A stretch of DNA of 64,000 nt from contig OZ316775.1 in assembly GCA_973851085.1 (NCBI GenBank), forward strand, positions 18,538,001 through 18,602,000. Direction: 5' to 3'. This DNA comes from Ptychomitrium polyphyllum (Eukaryota). Numbering within the stretch: position 1 is the first letter of the stretch; each line of letters starts with the position of its first letter. Positions 13,528-23,997 of this stretch are shown here, piece after piece. The translations under genes and the position numbers were made by a program. The notes under the pieces were generated by a model. The model did no database searches and had not been told where the DNA came from. It saw only the letters and a list, made by a program, of their open reading frames with translations.

Positions 13528-16500
13528 TGAAGCAATATTACATGCACTACATGAAAAGCTAGATTAGTTTGTGTAGATGTTCATCTGTAATATGAACAAG
13601 TTACGGCTTTTTAAGCGGATGCAAGCAAATAATTTGTTGACAACAAGGTAATTGAAAGGAAAGAAATAAAACAAAGATTGCATGACTCTAGTAATTTGTA
13701 CAAATGGTGATGGATTTGAAGAATTGATGAGTTGAATAATCAAGAGATTCTATGTTTTTTGCTATTTTAATAAATTTAAGTTCAAGAAGATTGGCTTTAA
13801 TTATTAAATAAACAACAAAGCATGAATGACAACTTTGTTTTTCCAAGAATAAATTCTGTGGTTTGATAATTACATTTTGATTAGTAGTGGCTAAAAGTAT
13901 TTTTTCTATATAAACAATTATAATATATACGGTGTTTTTGCAAAGCATCTATTGCTTTACAATACAAAAGTTTTTTTTTGCCATCCAATACCACTTCCAA
14001 AATTTAGCCATGCAATGCTAATATCATCTGTACCTTTAAGGCCTATTATTGCCACTATTTCAATTGCAAAATTCTCAACCAAATTGAATGTGGCATTACC
14101 AATTTCACGCACATCAATATTTGTAAAGGAATATGCCTAGCACTTTGTGCATGGACAAAAACAAAGCAATTGACATTGCCAATTGCTTCAATTATTGCAA
14201 AATTTGGATGCCAATGAACAATAAAATTGAAGCTATTTTAAGGCAAAGTTTGGAAGAAGTTGAGAGGCTAATGTTGTAAGGTTTGTTGAAGGATTTGGAC
14301 AAGGTGCAAAAACGCCTTCATTATGAGGATTAATATTAATTGATTTCCTTCTAAACCATCTTCAAGAAAATGAAGTCATATATCACTAAACAAAGGTGGA
14401 CATTGTGGCTGCCTTTGGCAAGAATGAGGATGTTAGTGGTGGACGACAATGTCAAGGAGTGCGTCGTTATGTATAAGGAAGTTGTCAAACAATTATAAGT
14501 AGTAGAGACATGGATTATTCAACAGTCCAAGGAGAATTTGTAGAAGTAGGAAATGATTTAGCGCCTTACTTGCTTTGTAAAAGCAAAATGTATTAAAGGC
14601 TTGTGATAAACATGTTAATTACATACTTTGTTCCAACATTATTATAAATAGTTTACAATTTTAAGGAGAGTAACAATTAAATGGAAGGACTAGACAATTG
14701 TATAAGTATATAACTTTAGCAGATTATAATTTTATCACAACCGCCCAACATTGAAATTACAATAACTTATACTTTTATTTAGAATATAAGTTTACACAAT
14801 ATAACTTTAGACAAGTTATATTATACCATGACTGCTTATTGGCTTCTTCCAAACACACCGGCCTACTTGGTGAAAGTTAATCAAAGTTATGCTAATTAGT
14901 CATGAGTTTCTTGAATTTGGAATTGTACAGTACACGAACACAATGCAGCTAGTTGTCTTTCTTTGAAGCACCTCTACATACATGACTAAGTTAAAGTTTC
15001 ACGCAGAACACACAAAGTGAGCAAAAGTTGAAGAAGAAGCAGATGCAAACTTCCTCACTTAGTTGTTATTGACACTTTCTCCCTCCAGCGTTCAACCCAG
15101 TAGCTATCTCCTACAGCAGCCACCAACAGGTAGAGCTGCGTCTAATTGAGATTTGAGAAAGCAAGGTGCTACAAGAAAGATTTACCACCAGGTGCGTGCA
15201 TACGGAAGTTTGGACCAATTACCCCTCACTTAGTATTAAATAGAAAAAAATAGAAAGAAAGAATCGAAAGGAATTTTGAATATAGCAAGAACCTTTAACG
15301 TAGAAAGATAGTTACTTCCAAAATTAGATACTTCCCTGTAATAGCATTCGGTCTTCACCTGGCTTGGTAAATAATGCTAAGAGTCACAATGGGTTTCTAG
15401 GAGGTCAAGTTGGATCTGCCTGCGTATGGCAGATTCATCCGTTTTTACCAGATTGTGAACTCTACCATGTCTACCCAAGTGTAGAACCACTTCAATCATA
15501 GTTGATTTTACAAGCTGAATTTAAATCCAAGCACGCTCTACCAGATAAAATTTCCAGATTCACAATTTTTTTTAATGAACTTTGAACTATCTACTATAGC
15601 TAAACAAGAGCTGGATCAAATGTTACGTACTTGAGTCAATTGTTGTGAGAAATTATTCTGTTCAAAGTGCTCACACCTTCAAGAATTAGCAATATCATTG
15701 TGATGAGTTAGATGACATTAGCCTCATAATTCATGCAAAACTTTAAAGACATGCAACAGCCACTTGGCCCTAGTTAGCTGAACAGGAGAAAGTTGACAAC
15801 TCACCTCGAGTGCCACCTTGGCCCGGGAAGTCAGATACTATGCAGTTTTGTAACCCACATTTGAAAAGGAATGTTTTCTTGGAAGGTACGAGTATAAAGA
15901 AATATTTATACAATAAGAGGTATAAATGAAATATTTTAAGCACTCTTTTTGGATATCATGTTTCATCCTATGATATTTGTATATAATCTTTTGTAATAAA
16001 TTAATCTAATTTTGACACTAACTTCTTTGAGTACTCGGAATTCCAAGGTAAGGCAGCTTAAGCCTAACCTAGAGCAAGAATTGGTAGTCCTTTAAGCTAA
16101 GCATCTTTTTCTTATTCTATTTTTAAAAATATATTCAACGTAGAGTGTGCACAGAGTATAAATAGAGTCCAGATAAAGTACAAACCTTATATCTAGTCTA
16201 GACTCCATTTTATCCAAAATTAAATGTTTCTTTTTTGCTTTAATCACTATGTCACATGATCAGATTTTTGTCATTGTAGGACATGTATGGTACCTTACTT
16301 ATTTATATTTTTAGGTAACAATTATAGTTTCCATCTTTAAATTTCATTTTTGCTAAGAACATAAAAGGTTGTTTATACATTTTACAGCACTTTTTTTTTT
16401 TTAAACTTGCATGTTTTATTTAAAATAATAATTTTCTACTATTTCTAACCTTGTTTAGAATCTTGATAGTAGGAGCATAATACATAAGTTTGAAAAAAAT

Positions 16501-19196
16501 GCTATTTGATATTCATTTGAAGAAGTTATGCAATCGAATTCCAACCCACAACCCACAATCCACAACCCACAAATAAACAAGTTCTTATTACATATTAAAT
16601 ACTTTACAATTAGAATTTTTTCTTCTTGTTATTCAAATTTTTAAGTGTGATTTGATGAAAGCAAGAAGTGACATTTATATGTGTGAGGTTGATATGAATT
16701 TGAGTTATTAAATTTAAGTGCATAGCTATGACCTTGGTCACATGTAATTCTAGTGGTTTAGTAAAAAATGTGAAAAAATTCTAATATAAAAATAAAAGGA
16801 GGCCAAATAAAGGAAGGAATCAAACTTGCTTGCTCTAAGCTTCTTCTCATGAGCCTCATTGATAGGCATAGGTTACCTTCATACACTTTGAAACAAGCTT
16901 ATGAAATCAATTCCATTTTCATGTACAATATTTATTTAAAATAAATGATTTAATTACTTACAAATTTAGCCCAATTTGAGGTTTAAACCAAATAACAAAG
17001 TTCAAACATCAAGAACATGCGCAAAATATATGGCTAAGAGATTTGAAAAGAAAATAATAAACAATAAGTGGTAGTTTTAAAAAAAATTATGTGGCTTTGA
17101 TGATTGCTAAATATTTTAATTATATAGATAGATATAAAAAATCTCTATTTATTATATGTATTCCAATTTTGAAGCATAAAAATTGCTTGAAAATATGGCC
17201 ACTTATACATAAGCTATTTGTATACAATTACTATTTATTTCATTTATCTTCCTTCACTTTGGTTCTTCTTTCTATTTTCTTAATCTTCCAAATTCTTGAA
17301 AATAGGAGGATTTTTTGTCACATTATAATTGACCTCATCTTCCAACATCTAAAATTATAGAGTGTAAACAGTTCTAAAAAATAAAATTTTCTTTATAATT
17401 TATAATTCATGTGATACACAAGAAGTGTCTAATCAATATAATCCACTAAGGATTTTCCCTTATTATTATGTAGGAGCAATTCTAACAATTTGGGACCTAT
17501 TTCAATTCCTTATAGAATTATTCATGTCCATTACATAATCTCACAAGTTCAATAGTGCAACATCCTAGTAAAGATACTTAGTTACTTATGGAGTGATTGA
17601 GTATCTAAAGTAATTATACATTTTGCATGTGACAATATCAAACGTTTTCTAAAATTTGGATGGATTAGTCTAATTCAAAGGGTATTCAGCTTCAAAAGTC
17701 TATTAAAAATTCATAAGAAATGCACAAGTTGTGTCTGTTTTAGATTTGATCCTCAAAAATTACGATCCATATACTGCAGTTTGATCCAAGTGAAAGTCCT
17801 TGCCTCACATATTAGTATTAATTAGGTTAAACTGACGGGGGTTACTATCCACTACCATATTAAACCAGAAGCTGAACCATCAGAGTAATGAACCACTTGC
17901 TATTCTGGATCTATGATATTCATGTCTGTCTATGTTCCAAACAGACTGCAACTGTGGTCATACATACAATTTGTACGATACTATACGTATATGCTATTTG
18001 TACAATACTATTTTCACAAATAGTGTTTTTGAACCCACCGAATGCAACTTGCACAATTTTGTGAAGTTTCCTGCCAGAGGCTACCGAAGTCAATCTTCAT
18101 TGGGCGCGTGGCATTGCAGGCTGTGACTGACCAGTGTAGGGTTTGAGAAGTTTGCAATCTGCAGCCTCGCAGTGGCATCATACTGTCATCTCTTCGTTGT
18201 CTGCGATTTAGATTTTTAGGAGCCAAGCTGAGAAATCAATCAGCTGGAGAACAGGGCATGTGAATCGAGGTCTTGCGGTGGCTTGCTTGTGCACATGCAT
18301 TCTGGCAACCCTGTGAGAAGCATCATGTTAACTTAGTAAGCGTCAGAGCTTGCATTTCGCAAAGAACTGGTCACCTTCAAGACGGGGACAGACTGAAGAT
18401 TTCTTAGTGATGGAACAAAACGGCTTAGTACCACGAGCACGTTGATCACATGTACCGGCAATCGATCTGGTTGAACTTCATTGATGTTGCGGGATCTGAT
18501 ATCCATTAACTACATGTATGATGTATGAGTACCCATGGATATACTGCAAGATTGCTAGAACGGAGTCTCTCATCTTCAGTAATGTGAATTCCTCACCCTG
18601 CAATTCCTAAGCGTTTCTCACTGCCGATTTCTTCTCAACACATAGTCGGCAGTTGAGGATGGTTAGGCGCTTTGGTTTCATCCACGTTTAAATTTCGGGG
18701 GCTTAGGGGTTTCGTTTTGTGTGCTTTTCCGGAGCTCCGGAGGTTGGGTTTGCAGTTTAGGAGGGCGTTGGAGTCGGGTGGGCATGTGGTGGGATGGGTG
18801 ACAGTGTGGACGACTAATCTTGGCAGCGATCATTCTGTAGTACATTTGGATTTTCTGAGGTTTGATTTTGTGGCTTCTGCTTTGCTTCAAATCTCTTTTG
18901 AAATAATATGAAAGAGATTTTCGAAACGTATATGGTACTATTGAGCTATGAACTGCGTAACAGAGTTGGTAGGACGAATTGGTTGTGGAATTAGGTTAAC
19001 AACTTCCAAATTCAGAAAACTTTAGGGTTATCGGTACTGGACTAGTGGATATGGTTTCTCACCTTTTATGTACTGCAATAGTTTTAGTTTTGTAACAGTT
19101 ACATGATGGTCTGTGAGACACGAAGATCGACTTCTGCCGTTTCTTGGATGTTTCCGTTCTAGAGTGCTTTAACTGCAGGAGACCGTGAGTAGTGCG

Positions 19197-20470
19197 ATGG
19201 AGTGCCCGTGGAGCAGGCTCCCGGACGAGATAAGCGAGCGCCTGCTGTCATTTCTGCCAGTGCCAGCTCTGTGCGGGTGCCAACTCTTATGCAGGAAATG
19301 CAACGAGATGATTTGTAAGCAGAGGTTTCTCAACCTTCGCGATCTAAACAGGAAAAACAAACCCTACTTGTTTGTCACGCGTCATTTGATTTAGGACAAT
19401 GTTTCACAGGGCTATGTGGACGATGTGTACTGGCAAACGACGTGCTTCCTCGACTTAGATGAGGGACGATGATATTCTCTCCTCGCGGATGCGTCGCTTC
19501 CGGCCCCACCTGACTAGAATGTTCTTTGACTTCTGGCTATGAACGACGGCCTTGTCTATAAATTCTCTCAGTTTCAAGAAGAATACGAATTGGTTATCGT
19601 AGATCCAGTTGAAACGACGAGGCAAGATCTTCCAGTCTCCACACCCGATGGCAAACGGGTATGCAGCAATTTGGCGATTAGGGCCTGGAAATGAATGATC
19701 TATAGGTAATAGTGACGGTTGTTTGTAAGGCCGACCGCAGCTTCAAGGTCTTTTTTCTGAATAGAAATACCTATCATGGGCAACACACGGGACAGGTCGT
19801 GTTTGAGTTCTCCATAAATGCATGGCGCGGCCTGGGAACCTCATTTTCGAAGCTTGTTAGGCTTATCGTTGGACGTAATCTCGGAGGGCTGCTCGGAGAG
19901 TCAGCAGTGTTCTTTCTGGGAGGATTGTACGCAGTTTTTCGGAATGACGAAAGCTATTGTGATACCATGATTCTGAGGCTTGAGGAAAATCTGTGGAAAT
20001 ATGTTCTTATGGTTGGGATTAAAAGTCCCGGATATCTTCAACTTATTGGTTCTGACAACCGCATGTTCATGGGAATCTGGGCATGGGAAGACGTTCCAAT
20101 GAGGACTTACTCTTCCTTCGAGATGAGAGAGATTTTGTGGAGGAGAATTTGAGTAAGTCGTTGGTGATAATTCCGTACGAAGACCATTACAATTCCGGTG
20201 AGTCAGAGTTCATGTACGGATTTCTTCTCAATTCCGACTCTGTTGTGGCAAGGTTTAGGTTTTGCGAAGGAAATAAATAGTTGTGGTTTCATTTCGAACT
20301 CGGAGATTATTGTCCTATGACCTGAGGAGTGGGGACCTTGGTACTTTTCCTGATCGCCCGTTACATATATAGGAACAAGCTGCTATAAAGTTTGAGGGGC
20401 AGGGTCTTTTCGCATATTATCATGCTAAGCCCTCGAATCTGAGCTTGAGGAATGTGTTGTCAAGTGACGT
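19197..20470 (+). pseudogene. F-box protein pseudogene
   Basis: MECPWSRLPDEISERLLSFLPVPALCGCQLLCRKCNEMI is an F-box. The frame continues through in-frame stops (19392 TAG; FLDLDEGR*YSL; *LLAMNDGLV) and then frameshifts into ORFs 19712 and 20083. A splice-acceptor-like CTGCAG lies just upstream. Confidence 0.8.
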
Positions 20471-21637
20471 GACTATAAGCTTGCGCACATGTCTTATGTC
20501 TTGACATATTTTGCATGCGTATTGATTGCGAAGCTGGTTATGGGCATTATGCTACGTTTTCTAAATTATACAAGTTGTTTCTCGTTTTCGGGACGCATTA
20601 TCAAATTTCTGATTGCTTCATTTACTTGCATGCTCTTTAAATTATCAATTGTGATCAGCAAGCCTAAGAATTGATTGCGAATTACTTTACAAAGATCAGA
20701 ATGAGTAGATTGCAATTAAGTTTGTGGGTACATCGACTGTTACGTAGTGTTGAAACTGGCATTGTGTGAATCAGTAAAAGTTCGGATGCATCTCTGAGTG
20801 TCTGAGCTTACGATATGGTATTACATTCTCTATTTGCAACCAGCAAGAATAGTTGAAGTCGGTACTGTGTTGGAATTTAGGAGAACTGTGTTGTTTTAGT
20901 AAACATGCAGTCAATGTTGAATCCACCGTAACTACCTGTGCGTGCTTTATCAATTCAAAAAAAAAAAAACTTCAACGGCAGACTCATGAAAAATTGTAAC
21001 ACATGAATTTGAAAAGCGTGCCATAATTTAGCTGCCGTGATGACATTGGTAGGGATAATAAATTCCATCGAGTACGGTTGGACTTCCGACAATTCATCAT
21101 CATTGAGCAAAAAATTAGCATTTGGAACGTCATAATCACATTCATGAAGCTGTTCACTGATTTGCACTAGTTGGTGATATAGTTCCACATCGTCCACTTT
21201 CAGGTCCAAGATATGAAACAACCAACAGTGCAGCCCTGGGAAAGATTACACGTTAATCCTCATACTCCAGCTCTAGAGGATTTCGATCTAGCCAAGCACT
21301 TTAGGGTAGAGGAAGATTTGTCCACCTTCGAAACCTCTTCCACATCTTTTCGGTGTTAATCATATATTAATCACAGAATGCAGCTCAAAACCCGAAACAC
21401 ACAACATTTGAATCACTATGTAATGCAATGAAGCGCAGATCATCATCTAGCCAAAATGTCAATACAAACCCCAGCTGCAACAGAGCTTAGAATTTAAACA
21501 TGGCTTGTGTCTTCGGCAGCAAATGGATACCTCAGAAAGCTTCAGGTCATTCGTTGAGACCACAGAGTACTACAATTCGAGGAGCGCTCCATTTCTTGGA
21601 CGACGCTCTGTTTGACACGATTCGCAGGGCGTATTCA

Positions 21638-21705
21638 AGTAACTTCCGCTTACATTTTATGCTTTCAGTAACTTCCGCTTACATTTTATGCTTTCAGTAA
21701 CTTCC
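21638..21705. repeat. 29-bp tandem repeat (2.3 copies)
   Basis: AGTAACTTCCGCTTACATTTTATGCTTTC x2 plus a partial third copy. Confidence 0.9.
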
Positions 21706-21775
21706 CTTCTCACCTTCATTTTCAACAATATAAGCTTCAGTAACTCCCCCAGTTTACTTACTGCAATTAGACATT

Positions 21776-22740
21776 GGTCAGTGGGAAGTCCCCCAGGTCG
21801 AGGAGGGGAGTTGTAAAGTTTCTTAAAAAATTTCCCAAATTGATCAAGCAAATTAGCTCAAAGGACTTCCCACTGGCTACTTCCCTCTGGCTATTGGCAA
21901 ATGGAGGAGGTCCGAGCGATTGGTTGCCCGGAAAACGCGAACTGGCTACGTCGCCTCCGTCTTCTCCGACTCACTTGTCTGCGAATCAGTAAACGAAATC
22001 TTACACCAGCTGGCAAATGGCTAGTGTACCGCTAAAGCCTCCTCGGAGAACCGGGCGAACAACTTGGAATACAAAATTCGGACCTCGGTTCCGACCCCTA
22101 CTCTTAGTTTGCAGAGTCAACTCATAGGGACCATTCCAGTCCAAACATCGTCCCATGGCTACAGGGAGAAGGTTAAATCCCCCTGCTCTATCCCTCGCTA
22201 CAGGGGATTTAACCTTCTCCTGGCTACAGCACACTGCTAGTGATATAATCCAATATGCAGAGCAGCCCGAGTAGACGAGAGTCTCGGCGCTCAAAGCGCC
22301 CGAGTCGGAACCGCTCCGCTATCCGTGGCCGGTTATGACTGCAAAGGGAAGCCTACCCTCCACTTGTAGACAGTGGAAACTCCCGAACCACTTGAATTTC
22401 CCGTAATAGAGCTTCGATACACTCCGATCCTGGCTATAACCGCAAAGGCAACCAACATTACTCACAACGTGGTAACAGTGGTGTACACAATAGCCCAGAA
22501 TATTTGCTACAGCCATTTCGAATTGAATAATTCGATAAAAGACGTCGGCTATGGCATCTGAATAGTCCAGCTCGAAGCCACTTTATTGCAGATTTCGTAG
22601 CGGTTGCGCATACAAATCCCCCTCTCTTCCACAGTAGCATGCAGGTTGACATTCGCCTCCTCTTCTCGGAGCCTGGGCTGTAGGTTACGAGCTTGGAGTG
22701 GAATACATATTCCACAACGGAATTGTACTTGGTGACCTGA
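21776..22740 (+). ncRNA. Candidate large structured RNA or structured 5' leader (unclassified)
   Basis: Nested helices: 21776-91/21863-78 (16 bp); 21880-86/22345-51; 21907-15/22078-86; 21962-69/22043-50; 22087-95/22304-12; 22165-82/22203-20 (18 bp perfect); 22698-705/22708-15. G-U extensions favour the + strand. Transcription is not shown. Confidence 0.45.
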
Positions 22741-22743
22741 AAT

Positions 22744-23997
22744 ATGGCGCCGAAAGCTGCCATTCTGTTGCTGGCTTTTTTGGGGGCCGTGCTCTGCCAG
22801 CACTATGTTGTGGCTAATGAGGTGACAACCACGAATGTGGGTGGGTCTGGCAATTCGACGAGCTCGGTGGTGGCGTCTCTTAATGAAGAGATTGATTTAG
22901 AGGCTATTGCGGCGAATGTGAGCGGGTTCGACAGGACAGAGGCGAACGATGACACTGACACAAGCGGTGAAGTTGAGGTTGCGGATGTGAACGGCGAGGG
23001 CGAGGAGGAGGCCGATCAGTTGCCTGCGCTTGCTCTGGCGCGCATCTTGACGGAGCGATCCTCGCGCAACTGCTGGAGCGAGAACCATTGCAAGAAGTTC
23101 TTCTCAAAGCCCGGTTGCTGCAAGAAGAAATGCGTGAACTTGGCGAGCGACGACAGGAACTGCGGCACGTGCGGCAAGTGCTGCAATACGAAGAAGGGGT
23201 ACAGCTGCCAATCGGGCAAGTGCTGCAAGGCCGCGAGAAAACAACATAGCAAGCCACACAAGCCTAGCCACTCGCACAAGTCTCACAAGCCCAGCCACTC
23301 GCACAAGTCTCGCAAGCCCAGCCACCCGCACCAGCCTCACAAGCCCAGCCACCCGCACCAGCCTTACAAGCCCAGCCACCCGCACCAGTCTCAGAAGCCC
23401 AGCCAGCCGCAGCAGCCTCACAAGCCCAGCCACCCGCACCAGCCCCACAAGCCCAGCCACCCGCACCAGCCCCACAAGCCCAGCCACTCGCACCAGCCCC
23501 ACAAGCCCAGCCACCCGCACAAGCCTCACAAGCCCAGCCACCCGCACCAGCCTCACAAGCCCAGCCACCCGCACCAGCCCCACAAGCCCAGCCACCCGCA
23601 CCAGCCTCACAAGCCCAGCCACCCGCACAAGCCTCACAAGCCCAGCCACCCGCACAAGCCTCACCACAATTCAATGCAGTGTGGGTACCACGAGAAGTGT
23701 AAGAAGAATTACACATGCTGCAAGGGCATGTGCGTCAACCTGAGGAGCAACAGCGCCCACTGCGGAAAGTGCAACAAGGGGTGCCGATACGGGAGTGCTT
23801 GCTCGAAGGGCATGTGCGCGAACTTGCATCACGACAACAGCAACTGTGGGAAGACCGGCAGGAGATGTGGCTATGGGCACAAGTGCTGCACTGGATCCTG
23901 CAAGAACGTTTTTGGCAACGATAAGAACAACTGTGGCGCGTGCGGGAAGAAGTGCGCCACCAGCTGCAGTTACGGCATGTGCGGCTACGGTCTCTAG
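22744..23997 (+). CDS. STIG1-like secreted cysteine-rich protein, paralog B, with His/Pro-rich repeat
   Basis: 417-aa intronless ORF: signal peptide, acidic pro-region, several Stig1-type CxNLxxDxxNCGxC modules, and C-terminal CSYGMCGY typical of STIG1-family proteins. Confidence 0.92.
   Translation: MAPKAAILLLAFLGAVLCQHYVVANEVTTTNVGGSGNSTSSVVASLNEEIDLEAIAANVSGFDRTEANDDTDTSGEVEVADVNGEGEEEADQLPALALARILTERSSRNCWSENHCKKFFSKPGCCKKKCVNLASDDRNCGTCGKCCNTKKGYSCQSGKCCKAARKQHSKPHKPSHSHKSHKPSHSHKSRKPSHPHQPHKPSHPHQPYKPSHPHQSQKPSQPQQPHKPSHPHQPHKPSHPHQPHKPSHSHQPHKPSHPHKPHKPSHPHQPHKPSHPHQPHKPSHPHQPHKPSHPHKPHKPSHPHKPHHNSMQCGYHEKCKKNYTCCKGMCVNLRSNSAHCGKCNKGCRYGSACSKGMCANLHHDNSNCGKTGRRCGYGHKCCTGSCKNVFGNDKNNCGACGKKCATSCSYGMCGYGL
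23260..23664 (+). repeat. Coding 27-bp tandem repeat x15 (KPSHPHQPH)
   Basis: Consensus AAGCCCAGCCACCCGCACCAGCCTCAC; 15 in-frame units. Confidence 0.95.

Noticed and set aside
21781..21795. GGAAGTCCCC resembling RNase MRP CR-I
   Set aside because: No matching CR-V (ACNNNNGGGGCU) found downstream, and the motif is sequestered in a local hairpin.
22667..22695. GAGCC..GGTT resembling group II intron domain V
   Set aside because: Too short and lacks the 34-nt D5 geometry and GNRA loop.
23260..23664. CRISPR-like regular repeat
   Set aside because: Tandem in-frame coding units with no spacers, in eukaryotic context.
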